DNA from: Bdellovibrionota bacterium
Lineage (GTDB): Bacteria > Bdellovibrionota > UBA1018 > UBA923
NCBI GenBank assembly: GCA_040754655.1
Contig: JBFMCE010000037.1
Location: 1-36,864, forward strand
Direction of reading: 5' to 3'
Length of the DNA stretch: 36,864 nucleotides
Shown here: positions 25,527 to 34,267 of the stretch, piece after piece
How positions within the stretch are numbered: the first letter of the stretch is position 1
Layout: every line of letters begins with the position of its first letter
Program-made: the position numbers and the translations under genes
Notes under the pieces: model-generated
What the model saw: only the letters and a program-made list of their open reading frames with translations
Databases searched by the model: none
Told to the model about the DNA's origin: nothing

Positions 25527-27284
25527 ATGCAAAAACAACGCATGAGCTCGATTCTTCAGCGCTTGATGTTGGGCGCTTTGATATTTCTCAACCTTCCGTC
25601 TTGCACCAGGCCTTCGAAAGTCACGGCCCCTAAGGAAAAGATTTTTAGGTTTGGAGCCGAGGCGAAACTCGTGAGCCTTGATCCGCACGTGACAAAAGAC
25701 GTTTACAGTTCGCAAGCGCAGTCTTTGTTTTATGAGACCCTTTACCACTACCATTATCTTAAGAGGCCGTTTGAAATCGTGCCCGTGATCGCCGAGTCCC
25801 TGCCTGAAGTCAGCAAGGATCGGAAGACCTATAAGATTCGACTCAAGAAGGGCATTCATTTCCATGACGACGCTTGTTTTCCTGGCGGTAAAGGACGGGA
25901 AGTAAAGGCCGACGATGTGGTGTATCTTTTTCATCGCATGGCGACCCCTAATTTCAGTTCCCCCATTTATGGCGCTCTCGAAGACAATATTGAAGGCATT
26001 AAAGACTTTCATAACGGCAAGGCTCCCTCGATCACAGGGGTTCGAGCGATTGATCCTTATACCGTTGAAATCAGGCTTGAGCGGATTCTTCCGAGATTCC
26101 TTCACATCCTAACCGACATGAGAACGGCGATCCTGCCTAAAGAATGCGTAGAGAAGTATGGTGATGCGTTCGCAAGGCGCGCAGTGGGAACTGGGGCGTT
26201 CGTGCTTCAAGAAGCTGATCTTGCGAGCAAGATAGTGGCTGTAAGGAATCCGAATTATCGGCATATGACTTACCCGGCCGAGGGTTCCGTGGATGATGCG
26301 GAAAAAGGCCTTTTGGCCGATGCAGGAAAAGAGCTTCCCCTGCTCGATAAGGTGGTTTTTGAAGTGGTGGTTGAAGCCCAGCCGCGATGGCTGAAATTCA
26401 TGAAAGGCGAGTACGAACTGATTGGCATCCCCAAAGACAATCTTCCACATGCCTTAGAGGGAGAGAAACTCTCTTCCGAACTCCAAGCGCGCGGGATAAA
26501 GTTGTTTCGTTCAATCCGCTCTGATGTCACTGCCACGATCTTCAATATGGACGACCCTGTTTGGGGCAAGAAAAAGGAACTCAGGCAGGCTTACGCTCTC
26601 ACGCTTGATGTTCCTAAGATCATTGAAGTGCAGTACGGCAATCAGGCCATCCGAGCTCACAGCATGATTGACCCATCGATGTATGGATATGACCCTGCAT
26701 TCAAGAGCAAGTGGGCTGTTCGCGATGTGAAGCGCGCCAGAGCATTGATTGCGAAAGCGGGTTATCCCGATGGGAAGGGACTGCCTCCGATAATCTATCC
26801 TAGGGACAGCAGTACGTTGAGCCGTCAACTCGAAGAGCTTCTGAAGGCGCAGTTGGCTGAAGCGGGCATCACGCTGCAGGCCGTGCCAATGACGTGGCCT
26901 GAGATGATGCGCACTCAACAAACGCGAAACTTCGTCGCCATGGGAATAGGCATGGTTTCGACGGTTCCAGATGTCGAGGACATGATGGGCATAATAAACT
27001 CGAAGATGATCTTTTCGACTCAGAACTCGGCTGCCTATCGCAATCCCAGGGTCGACAAACTCATCGATGAGATCACGATGATTGAGAACGGACCCGCCCG
27101 TCTCGCGAAAATCAAGGAGATGATCGCCATTCTCGATGAGGATTTGCCATATGTTCCCCTGACCCATCGGATCGGCAATCAACTTGTGCAGTCATGGGTG
27201 AAGAACCACGTGTACACTGACAATTTGTTGCTCGGGCATTTTGTGAAATACCACCGTATTGAAACTTCGGGGGAACGACAGTGA
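25527..27284 (+). CDS. ABC transporter substrate-binding protein, family 5 (OppA/DppA-like) lipoprotein
   Basis: LPS-C lipobox; SLDP, YETLYHYHYLKRP, VGTGAF, RNPNY, LRQA and AKAGYPDGKGLP motifs. Confidence 0.9.
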   Translation: MQKQRMSSILQRLMLGALIFLNLPSCTRPSKVTAPKEKIFRFGAEAKLVSLDPHVTKDVYSSQAQSLFYETLYHYHYLKRPFEIVPVIAESLPEVSKDRKTYKIRLKKGIHFHDDACFPGGKGREVKADDVVYLFHRMATPNFSSPIYGALEDNIEGIKDFHNGKAPSITGVRAIDPYTVEIRLERILPRFLHILTDMRTAILPKECVEKYGDAFARRAVGTGAFVLQEADLASKIVAVRNPNYRHMTYPAEGSVDDAEKGLLADAGKELPLLDKVVFEVVVEAQPRWLKFMKGEYELIGIPKDNLPHALEGEKLSSELQARGIKLFRSIRSDVTATIFNMDDPVWGKKKELRQAYALTLDVPKIIEVQYGNQAIRAHSMIDPSMYGYDPAFKSKWAVRDVKRARALIAKAGYPDGKGLPPIIYPRDSSTLSRQLEELLKAQLAEAGITLQAVPMTWPEMMRTQQTRNFVAMGIGMVSTVPDVEDMMGIINSKMIFSTQNSAAYRNPRVDKLIDEITMIENGPARLAKIKEMIAILDEDLPYVPLTHRIGNQLVQSWVKNHVYTDNLLLGHFVKYHRIETSGERQ

Positions 27285-28432
27285 AAAGGAAGGTGTCGGA
27301 TCTCTTGAGCGAGCTGGGTCGAAGAGCGCCATTTGATTTTGCCGAGGATTGGGACAATGTCGGGCTCATCGTGGGCGACCCAGACCGCGAAGTCCACGGA
27401 TGCATTGTTGCCGTGAACCTGGGAAAAGAAGCGCTCGATGCCGCGGTGAACATGAAGGCCAACGTCATTGTATGTCACCATCCGCCCATTTTCAAACCTA
27501 CCAAGAAGCTCACTCGAACCTCAATGCCCTATGTTTACGAAGCTTTACGTAGGGGAATCAGCGTGATTGCGCTGCATACCAACTTTGATTTGGCATCAGA
27601 TCAGGTGTCACGACAAATTGCCGAAAAACTGGGCTTTCGGATGACGGGATATCTCGCAAATAGAGGTTCGGATGGCGTTCCTCCAAGCTTAAGGCAGGCG
27701 AAGTTCATCACCTATGTTCCTGGCGCCCAAGCAGATCGAGTCAGGGATGCGGCCTGTCGAGCCGGTGCGGGCACGATCGGAAAGTACGGCTTTTGCAGTT
27801 TTTCATGGAGTGGCGAAGGCACGTTTTTGGGAGGAGAAGGTACACAACCTGCAATTGGAGAGAAAGGCACGCTTGAACGGGTGGAAGAGCGGCGCCTGGA
27901 AACGATTGTGCCGGTGAAAACATTGGAACGGGTTATTGGCGCGGCAAGAAAAGCGCACCCTTATGAAGAGATGGCCTACGATGTGATTGAACTTATGCAG
28001 CCTTTGCGCAACATCGGATATGGGTTCATTTCTATTGCTGAGCGAGCTGCTAAAAAGAGCGGATCTGTAGACCAGTCGCCGAGTTTCGCCTTCCATAAAA
28101 TTATAGATAATGTTAAAGAACTCTTCCACTTGAAGTCAGTTACCGTGGTAGGACCGGGTCTTGAGAATCAAAGACTCAGAGTTAAGAAGCTAGCTTTCTC
28201 ACCCGGGTCTGGCTCAGCTTTCGTAAGCGCAGCGGTCGAAAAGAGAGCTGACGTTTATGTTTGCGGAGAAGTGGGGTACCATCAGATGCTCGAGGCCAAA
28301 CAAAAAGGGCTCACCCTGATCGTACTGGGCCACAGTTATTCTGAGCGTTTCTTTGTTGAGATGGTTTCAGAATGGTGCTCAAAGTTCAAACCCGTGAAGC
28401 GAGTTTTTGAGAACGTGCACCAGGCTTTTTGA
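27281..28432 (+). CDS. Nif3-like dinuclear metal centre protein (YqfO type with PII-like insert)
   Basis: AEDWDNVGLIVG, CHHP, LHTNFD, AGAGTIGKY..CSF, AHPYEEMAYD, GH..SE. Confidence 0.94.
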   Translation: MKRKVSDLLSELGRRAPFDFAEDWDNVGLIVGDPDREVHGCIVAVNLGKEALDAAVNMKANVIVCHHPPIFKPTKKLTRTSMPYVYEALRRGISVIALHTNFDLASDQVSRQIAEKLGFRMTGYLANRGSDGVPPSLRQAKFITYVPGAQADRVRDAACRAGAGTIGKYGFCSFSWSGEGTFLGGEGTQPAIGEKGTLERVEERRLETIVPVKTLERVIGAARKAHPYEEMAYDVIELMQPLRNIGYGFISIAERAAKKSGSVDQSPSFAFHKIIDNVKELFHLKSVTVVGPGLENQRLRVKKLAFSPGSGSAFVSAAVEKRADVYVCGEVGYHQMLEAKQKGLTLIVLGHSYSERFFVEMVSEWCSKFKPVKRVFENVHQAF

Positions 28433-28461
28433 AATTTTTGTTATTTGGACGGAGGCATTCT

Positions 28462-29193
28462 TTGCAAGAGGTTTTGAGAAAACTCGAACAAGTTCAAGAG
28501 ATCGATATTCAGATAGGAGCAATCCTTAAAAAGAGAGCCGAGCACCCGAAGCGCCTGAGTCAATACGATGACCAGATCAAACTGCATCAGACAAAGATTG
28601 ACGAGAAAAAGAAGATCGTCGATGAGCTCGAGCGCAGCAAGCGCCAGCAACTGGGTGCCCTGGAACTCAATGAAGACCGCATCAAACGCTCGCAAGAAAA
28701 ATTAGAGCAAATAAAAACAAATCAAGAATACCAAGCGCTGAGCAAAGAGATCGAAAGCCTCAAGAAGAATAGCGTTGTAATCAAGGAAAACGCGGACAAA
28801 GTCTCTGCCGATCTCGAGGTTCACCTTAAAGAAAATGCGACGCACACATCGGCTTTAGAGGAAGTGCAAGCGAAACGAAACGAGGAATCTACGAAGATTG
28901 CTGAAGAAGAGCGAATCCTCTCGACCGAGTTGAATCGTCTTGAAGGCTTGCGCGCAGAAGCAGTCGTGGGAATCGATCGAAGGTACCTTGCGACCTATGA
29001 TCGTGTTCGCGGTGGCAGAGGCGGCATCGGCATCGTTTCGGCGACTGGCGGCAATTGCAAGGGTTGCAACATGCGCATTCCTCCCCAAATTTATAATGAG
29101 CTACAGCGTGGAACCGAGCTTCATGCTTGCCCTAGTTGCAAACGGATCCTGGTTTATAGAGAAGGCGTCGCGCCAACGGCGACCGCCAGCTGA
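28462..29193 (+). CDS. C4-type zinc ribbon/coiled-coil protein (DUF164, zf-RING_7 family)
   Basis: Long coiled coil, TNQEYQAL, CKGCNMRIPPQ...CPSCKRIL; TTG start at 28462 behind a GGAGG SD. Confidence 0.92.
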   Translation: MQEVLRKLEQVQEIDIQIGAILKKRAEHPKRLSQYDDQIKLHQTKIDEKKKIVDELERSKRQQLGALELNEDRIKRSQEKLEQIKTNQEYQALSKEIESLKKNSVVIKENADKVSADLEVHLKENATHTSALEEVQAKRNEESTKIAEEERILSTELNRLEGLRAEAVVGIDRRYLATYDRVRGGRGGIGIVSATGGNCKGCNMRIPPQIYNELQRGTELHACPSCKRILVYREGVAPTATAS

Positions 29194-29247
29194 TCGGTTT
29201 TTAAACGGTAGCAATTCACGATTTATTTTTGTATATACTTGAGCTTC

Positions 29248-29666
29248 GCTTGAGGCGGGTGGCCGCTATTAAATTATTTTAGTTTAGTAGAGGAAAGTCC
29301 GGGCTCCGCGAGGCAGAGTGCTGGTTAACGGCCAGGCACGTAAAACGTGACGGAAAGTGCAACAGAAAGCAAACCGCCGTGCTTGTTAAAAGAGCGCGGT
29401 AAGGGTGAAAGGGTGGAGTAAGAGCCCACCGGATGCCTGGTGACAGGCATCGCATGGTAAACCCCACTCGGAGCAAGATCAAATAGGAAGGCGCAATTGA
29501 GGTGGCCTCACCGAGAAAGCGACTCTAAATCAGGGTTGCTTCGTGCTTTCGGGTAAGATCGCTAGAGCTCATTGGTAACAGTGGGCCCAGAGGAATGGCT
29601 ATCGACGTTGATGGTGGTTGGCTGAAGCCCCATCAGCGCAACAGAACCCGGCTTATCGTCTCAGGC
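29248..29666 (+). ncRNA. rnpB: RNase P RNA, bacterial type A
   Basis: GAGGAAAGTCCGGGCTCC, GGAAAGTGCAACAGAAAG, GGTAAGGGTGAAAGGGTG, GGTAAACCCC and ACAGAACCCGGCTTAT conserved blocks. P1 GCTTGAGGCG pairs with CGTCTCAGGC; P6 AGGC/GCCT; TATACT -10 at 29234-29239. Confidence 0.98.
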
Positions 29667-29696
29667 ATGAAAGGCATTCACAAAAGTGAATTCTTT

Positions 29697-29733
29697 AAAA
29701 GCTGGCTTCTTCGAAAGAAGAGCCAGCTTTTTT
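29697..29733 (+). terminator. Intrinsic terminator downstream of rnpB (possibly bidirectional)
   Basis: AAAAGCTGGC-TTCTTC-GAAA-GAAGA-GCCAGC-TTTTTT hairpin plus T-tract. Confidence 0.9.
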
Positions 29734-29832
29734 ATTTGTGCGCGAGTGGTTGGGTTTCTTGATAAAAACAATCAAATTTGTTGCGTAAGCATGATGCTGC
29801 ATGTTAACTAAGCGGTCGGAATCCAAGAACTT

Positions 29833-30570
29833 ATGATTGCCTTTGAGAACGTCACCAAAAAATTTCCCGACGGTACGCTCGCTTTGCAAGAGCTCAACCT
29901 GCAGATCAAACAGGGTGAGTTTATTTCAATCATAGGCCGCAGCGGCGCTGGCAAGTCTACCCTATTGCGCCTTACCAACGGCATGATCCTTCCCTCGACG
30001 GGAAAAGTCCATGTTTTGGGCTTCCATCTTGGCGACAGGGAGTCTCAAAAAACACTTCGACTGGTACGCCGAGAAGTTGGATTCATCTTCCAACACTTCA
30101 ATCTCATCAAGACTCATACGGTTCTTTCAAATGTATTGATGGGCAGGCTTGGCTACACCGGAACTTTTAGAGGAATGTTCGGCTTGTTCACCGATCAAGA
30201 TGAAGAAATGGCCGTCTCGGTCTTGAAAGAAGTCGGTCTTAAGGACCAGATCAATAAACGCGTTGATCAACTTTCGGGTGGCCAGCAACAACGCGTGGCT
30301 ATCGCGCGGGCGATCGTTCAACAACCCAAGATCATCCTCGCCGATGAACCCATGGCTTCTCTTGATCCAAAACTTTCAGAAATCGTATTGGATCTGCTTT
30401 ATCAGTTCAATCAAGAGCGCAAGATCACGGTGCTTGTCAATGTGCATGTCTTGGAACTGGCCAAGCGTCGCGCGACCAGGATCCTTGGTTTAAACAAGGG
30501 CGCGGTCGTTTTCGACGGAGCATCGCAAGATTTGACCTCTGAAAAGGTGAGCCTGGTGTATGGCGACTAA
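29833..30570 (+). CDS. phnC: Phosphonate ABC transporter ATP-binding protein
   Basis: GRSGAGKSTLLR, IFQHFNL, NVLMGRLG, LSGGQQQRVAIARA, ADEPMASLDP; adjacent to phnE and phnD. Confidence 0.92.
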   Translation: MIAFENVTKKFPDGTLALQELNLQIKQGEFISIIGRSGAGKSTLLRLTNGMILPSTGKVHVLGFHLGDRESQKTLRLVRREVGFIFQHFNLIKTHTVLSNVLMGRLGYTGTFRGMFGLFTDQDEEMAVSVLKEVGLKDQINKRVDQLSGGQQQRVAIARAIVQQPKIILADEPMASLDPKLSEIVLDLLYQFNQERKITVLVNVHVLELAKRRATRILGLNKGAVVFDGASQDLTSEKVSLVYGD

Positions 30571-31333
30571 CTCGAATTTGAAGAAATTTTTTACCTGGCT
30601 CATCATCATTGGTTTTCTTTATGCGTTCTATGTTTCTTTCAACGCAGTGGAGTTCAGTCCGCAGAAGCTGATCGAGGGCGGTCCGAACATGCTCGACTTC
30701 TTGAAGCGCATGTTTCCGCCGAATCTTGCCATCTTAGACAAGGTTTTTCGCGAGGTGATGGTCACCATCGAGCTCGCGTTCGTCGGAACCACGATCGCAA
30801 TGATCATTTCGATCCCATTGGGATTTCTTGCCGCAACAAACGTCGTTCGCAACCGTTTTGTCGTTCAGGCCGTTCGGTTCTTGCTCAATGCAGACCGAGC
30901 CATCGACGCGCTGATTCTTGCGCTGTTCTTCGTTTCGGCGGTGGGACTAGGGCCGTTTCCGGGCACGCTTGCGGTAGCGATACACTCGGTCGGCATGTTG
31001 GGGCAACTCATGTACCAGGCGATCGAGTCTGTCGATCAGAAGCCAGTCGAAGCGATGCAATCGGTGGGCGCGAATCATCTCAATGTGATTCGCTGGGGAA
31101 TCTTGCCTCAGGTGCTTCCGTATTTTCTTTCTTATTATCTTTTGCGGTTTGAGCTCAACATCCGCGCAGCTGTCGTGTTGGGTATCGTCGGAGCTGGCGG
31201 AATCGGATTCTTGCTGCAAAGTTACATGCGTTTGTTTCAATACCAGAACGTGGCTACGGTGGTGCTTACGATTCTGGTTTTGGTCATGGCGATCGACTAT
31301 TTCTCATCTAGGCTTCGTGCTCGCCTGGTTTGA
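30560..31333 (+). CDS. phnE: Phosphonate ABC transporter permease
   Basis: MFPPN, AVGLGPFPGTLA, EAMQSVGA and RFELNIRAAVVLGIVGAGGIG motifs. Confidence 0.92.
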   Translation: MATNSNLKKFFTWLIIIGFLYAFYVSFNAVEFSPQKLIEGGPNMLDFLKRMFPPNLAILDKVFREVMVTIELAFVGTTIAMIISIPLGFLAATNVVRNRFVVQAVRFLLNADRAIDALILALFFVSAVGLGPFPGTLAVAIHSVGMLGQLMYQAIESVDQKPVEAMQSVGANHLNVIRWGILPQVLPYFLSYYLLRFELNIRAAVVLGIVGAGGIGFLLQSYMRLFQYQNVATVVLTILVLVMAIDYFSSRLRARLV

Positions 31334-31349
31334 TTCAAGTAAGGAGATT

Positions 31350-32249
31350 ATGAAAATGGCTAAGTTTTCAAGGTTAACGGTTCTTGCTTTTTTGACCCTC
31401 GGGCTCTCGCTTTCGTCGTGTACGAAAAAAGATGAAACAGCTGATCTCGTAATGGGATTTAATCCTGCGGAAAGCGCTGAAGTCGTTGAGGCCAACGGCA
31501 AGGCTTTGGCTGCGCTGATTCGAGAAAAAACAGGCCTCAATCTCAAGACTTTTGTCTCGACCGATATCGGTGGATTAGTAGAGGCCATGCGTTCGGGCAA
31601 AGTTCATTTGGCTTTCATGCCGCCTTTTAGCTTCATTCAAGCAGAGAGAGTGGCTGGAGCGAAAGTACTTCTCAAAGCGGTTCGAAAAGGAAGAGCAGTG
31701 AATTATAGCACCATCATCACTGCGAAAGGACACAAGAGCCTGCAAGACCTTAAAGGCAAGTCGATGGCGTGGATTGATCCTGCCAGTACGACAGGCCATA
31801 TCATCCCTAAGAATGAACTTATGGACATGGGTATCGACCCTGACACCTTTTTTGGAAAACAAGTTTTTGCGGGCGGGCATGATGCGCTTGTCTTATCGGT
31901 TGTGAACAAAACCGTGGATGCTGGCGCAACGCTCTGCAATGACCCTGAGTGCAAAGACGGCATTTGGATGCAATTCTTGAAAGATCCGGAGAAGCTCAAA
32001 GAAATAAAACCACTGCACATCAGCAAACCGATTCCCGGCGATACGCTGACCACAACAGAAAAGTTTTATAACGAGAAAAAGGATGTGGTTGAAAAAGTAG
32101 TGGCGCTTCTTCAAGAGCTTCACAAGACTCCTGAAGGAAAGAAGATGCTAATGGATTTGTATCATATTGATTCAATGGTCCCCGCTACGCGCGAAGAGTA
32201 TGAGCCTTTGCGTTCTGCTGCTAAAAGGCTAAATATTGGAAATAACTAA
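31350..32249 (+). CDS. phnD: Phosphate/phosphite/phosphonate ABC substrate-binding lipoprotein
   Basis: AAGGAG SD; LSS-C lipobox; PAES, DPASTTGH, GGHD and SKPIPGD motifs. Confidence 0.9.
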   Translation: MKMAKFSRLTVLAFLTLGLSLSSCTKKDETADLVMGFNPAESAEVVEANGKALAALIREKTGLNLKTFVSTDIGGLVEAMRSGKVHLAFMPPFSFIQAERVAGAKVLLKAVRKGRAVNYSTIITAKGHKSLQDLKGKSMAWIDPASTTGHIIPKNELMDMGIDPDTFFGKQVFAGGHDALVLSVVNKTVDAGATLCNDPECKDGIWMQFLKDPEKLKEIKPLHISKPIPGDTLTTTEKFYNEKKDVVEKVVALLQELHKTPEGKKMLMDLYHIDSMVPATREEYEPLRSAAKRLNIGNN

Positions 32250-32292
32250 GTTATTATCAATTACCACAAACCAGGAATCAATTTTTCGGTTG

Positions 32293-32345
32293 ACACAAAA
32301 TTCCTAGAATTTGTGTTTAACGCACCAGATTAATATGGTATTAAT
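32293..32345. repeat. Two inverted repeats in an AT-rich intergenic region
   Basis: ACACAAAATTC-CTA-GAATTTGTGT (32293-32316, one bulge) and perfect ATTAATA-TGG-TATTAAT (32329-32345). Confidence 0.6.
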
Positions 32346-32396
32346 GCGACCAGTCAATTACGTCTGTTGATATTAACGAAGCCTTTGCGGGGTTTT

Positions 32397-34265
32397 ATGG
32401 TTTCGCTTCAAGCTTGGATCGTGGTGACGCTACAGGTGTTGTGTGGTGTCGTCGCGTTGACTCTAGGGGATTGGTCTCATTCAGCCTTTGCTGATGACGG
32501 AGATAAAAACGGGGAAACAAAAGAAAAACATTCTCCCAACTCAACAACCGAAGTCGAATGGACCTACGACCTGGCTGAAAGCCGTTTTTTTAAGCGCGGT
32601 GAACCGCAGCTTGGTCAACATGTTGACCGAGGCATTGAAAAGATCAAGACAGCAGGAATTTCATCAGAGCTTTCCTCAGAAGAGCAAACCAGAATTCAAA
32701 TTGAAGCCTTGAGAAAGGCTGGTTTATTAGGCCATCTTTCGGGCTCAGAGTTGGGTTATCTGCATTCAGGCGCCAACCTGCTCAATAAACCGATCACTCC
32801 GCAAATGGCGGCTGATTTTCGAGATTCAATCGATGCTTGGGCAGAAAGTTCTGCAAAGGTTCTTACCGAAGTGAATGAAATCGCGCATGCGATTCATCAA
32901 AAAACTATAGCGGAACAAAATATGCCGGCGCCCGCTGAGTTTCTGGAAAAAATGAACCTAGATGAGGTTGAAGGGAAAAAAGCGTACTTTCTTCGAAGGC
33001 TCAAACGCAATGAAATCACAACGGGTATAGAATCGCTTGGAAGAGCTGAAGCCAAGTTCATTGGTGAAAAAGGGCCTAATGGCGGTGACGCTATCTTTTA
33101 CAAGGTTGTGCACAACCGAAGCGAGATTGAGTTCCTCGTCATTGAAGAAGGCAAAGTTGATCCTGCCTCGAAGGCCTTGAAGCTTTTCATTGCGCGCCAG
33201 CATATTGAAGCAGGAGCAAAGACCCGCACCGATGGCGAAGTCGGTAGAGATGTTTGCATCCTCTGGACCAAAGACAATCAGCTTGTGGGCATCGATTGGA
33301 AACCCAGACCAAAAAAATACTCGAGAGAATGGTGGAAGCAGTGGTGGACGGCGACCTATAAAAAACCCTCTCCTGGAGATGTAGCCGGAGGTATTCTCTT
33401 TTCAGGCCTTCAAGTAAGCCTTTCCTTAGGTTTGAGTGCAGTCAATGTTCATCTGAATGAAGGGGAAGTGATGACTTATTCTCCTGCTGTGATGGCTGGC
33501 GCATTTGGCATCTCATTAGGGATTTACAACAGTACTTTTCGAAATTGGCTTTCCCGCGGTGGTGCTCTTCAAGTTTGGCTTAAGGAGATGTCTATCAGTC
33601 TGATGTCGGCCATTCCTTTGACTCTCTGGCTTTATACCGAGCAACATCCAGACGCCACGATTTGGGCAGCTACTGCTGCGGTTGGATTTTGGAAATGGAC
33701 CTCAACTTTTGTAAATGCGACCTTCAGTAATTATGCCAAACCGTGGTGGCGCCTGATTCCTCAGACCAATATCGAAGGGCGTGATTTAGATGGGCAAACA
33801 CACAAGCTTTTTGGAAAGTGGGATACAAAAATTCCAGAAGCTTCGTGGCAGTTTCAGATGTGGTACATCATGGCGCCTTGGCTCTTGAGGCTCGCAGATC
33901 TTACCCACTTTGCTTATCAAGTCCCAGGCACTGGGATTGAATTTCCAGTTGGTAAATTACTTTTTTATTCTTCAGTACTATTTATGCCAGCCATTGCCGT
34001 AAATTATGCGGAATCAAAATTGCCCGAATTCGGAGCTTACTGGCGAAAACGCTGGGAAAGTCACAAGCAAATCGCGAAGAACATCGCATTTGAGTATACG
34101 GGTCTTGCACCGGTGGGGCGAGCTCTTGCGCCTGTTCTTGGCCCGCCGCTTGAGCCTGCGTTAGTGCAATTGAGAAAAGTTTCGCAGGCAGTTCACGTCA
34201 AAATGAACGTTGTGAAGAACAAGTGCCAAAAGCTTTTGACTCGATCGAATTCAAATAAAGAGTAA
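32397..34265 (+). CDS. Large hypothetical protein: signal peptide, soluble N-half, multi-TM C-half
   Basis: 622-aa ORF from ATG 32397; signal ending SAFA-D; several Trp-rich hydrophobic segments in the C-terminal half; no family recognised. Confidence 0.75.
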   Translation: MVSLQAWIVVTLQVLCGVVALTLGDWSHSAFADDGDKNGETKEKHSPNSTTEVEWTYDLAESRFFKRGEPQLGQHVDRGIEKIKTAGISSELSSEEQTRIQIEALRKAGLLGHLSGSELGYLHSGANLLNKPITPQMAADFRDSIDAWAESSAKVLTEVNEIAHAIHQKTIAEQNMPAPAEFLEKMNLDEVEGKKAYFLRRLKRNEITTGIESLGRAEAKFIGEKGPNGGDAIFYKVVHNRSEIEFLVIEEGKVDPASKALKLFIARQHIEAGAKTRTDGEVGRDVCILWTKDNQLVGIDWKPRPKKYSREWWKQWWTATYKKPSPGDVAGGILFSGLQVSLSLGLSAVNVHLNEGEVMTYSPAVMAGAFGISLGIYNSTFRNWLSRGGALQVWLKEMSISLMSAIPLTLWLYTEQHPDATIWAATAAVGFWKWTSTFVNATFSNYAKPWWRLIPQTNIEGRDLDGQTHKLFGKWDTKIPEASWQFQMWYIMAPWLLRLADLTHFAYQVPGTGIEFPVGKLLFYSSVLFMPAIAVNYAESKLPEFGAYWRKRWESHKQIAKNIAFEYTGLAPVGRALAPVLGPPLEPALVQLRKVSQAVHVKMNVVKNKCQKLLTRSNSNKE

Positions 34266-34267
34266 CT

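Noticed and set aside
26511..27182. 223-aa antisense ORF and the many other 60-180 aa overlapping ORFs in the track
   Set aside because: They lie within well-supported genes on the opposite strand or frame and carry no motifs.
29279..29482. 67-aa minus-strand ORF
   Set aside because: It is an antisense shadow of RNase P RNA.
31149..31349. N-terminal extension of phnD (similar extensions at 375, 2173, 10887, 20885, 21179 and 28429)
   Set aside because: These overlap upstream genes or promoters; the downstream starts have SDs, stop-start coupling, signal peptides or match the domain boundary.
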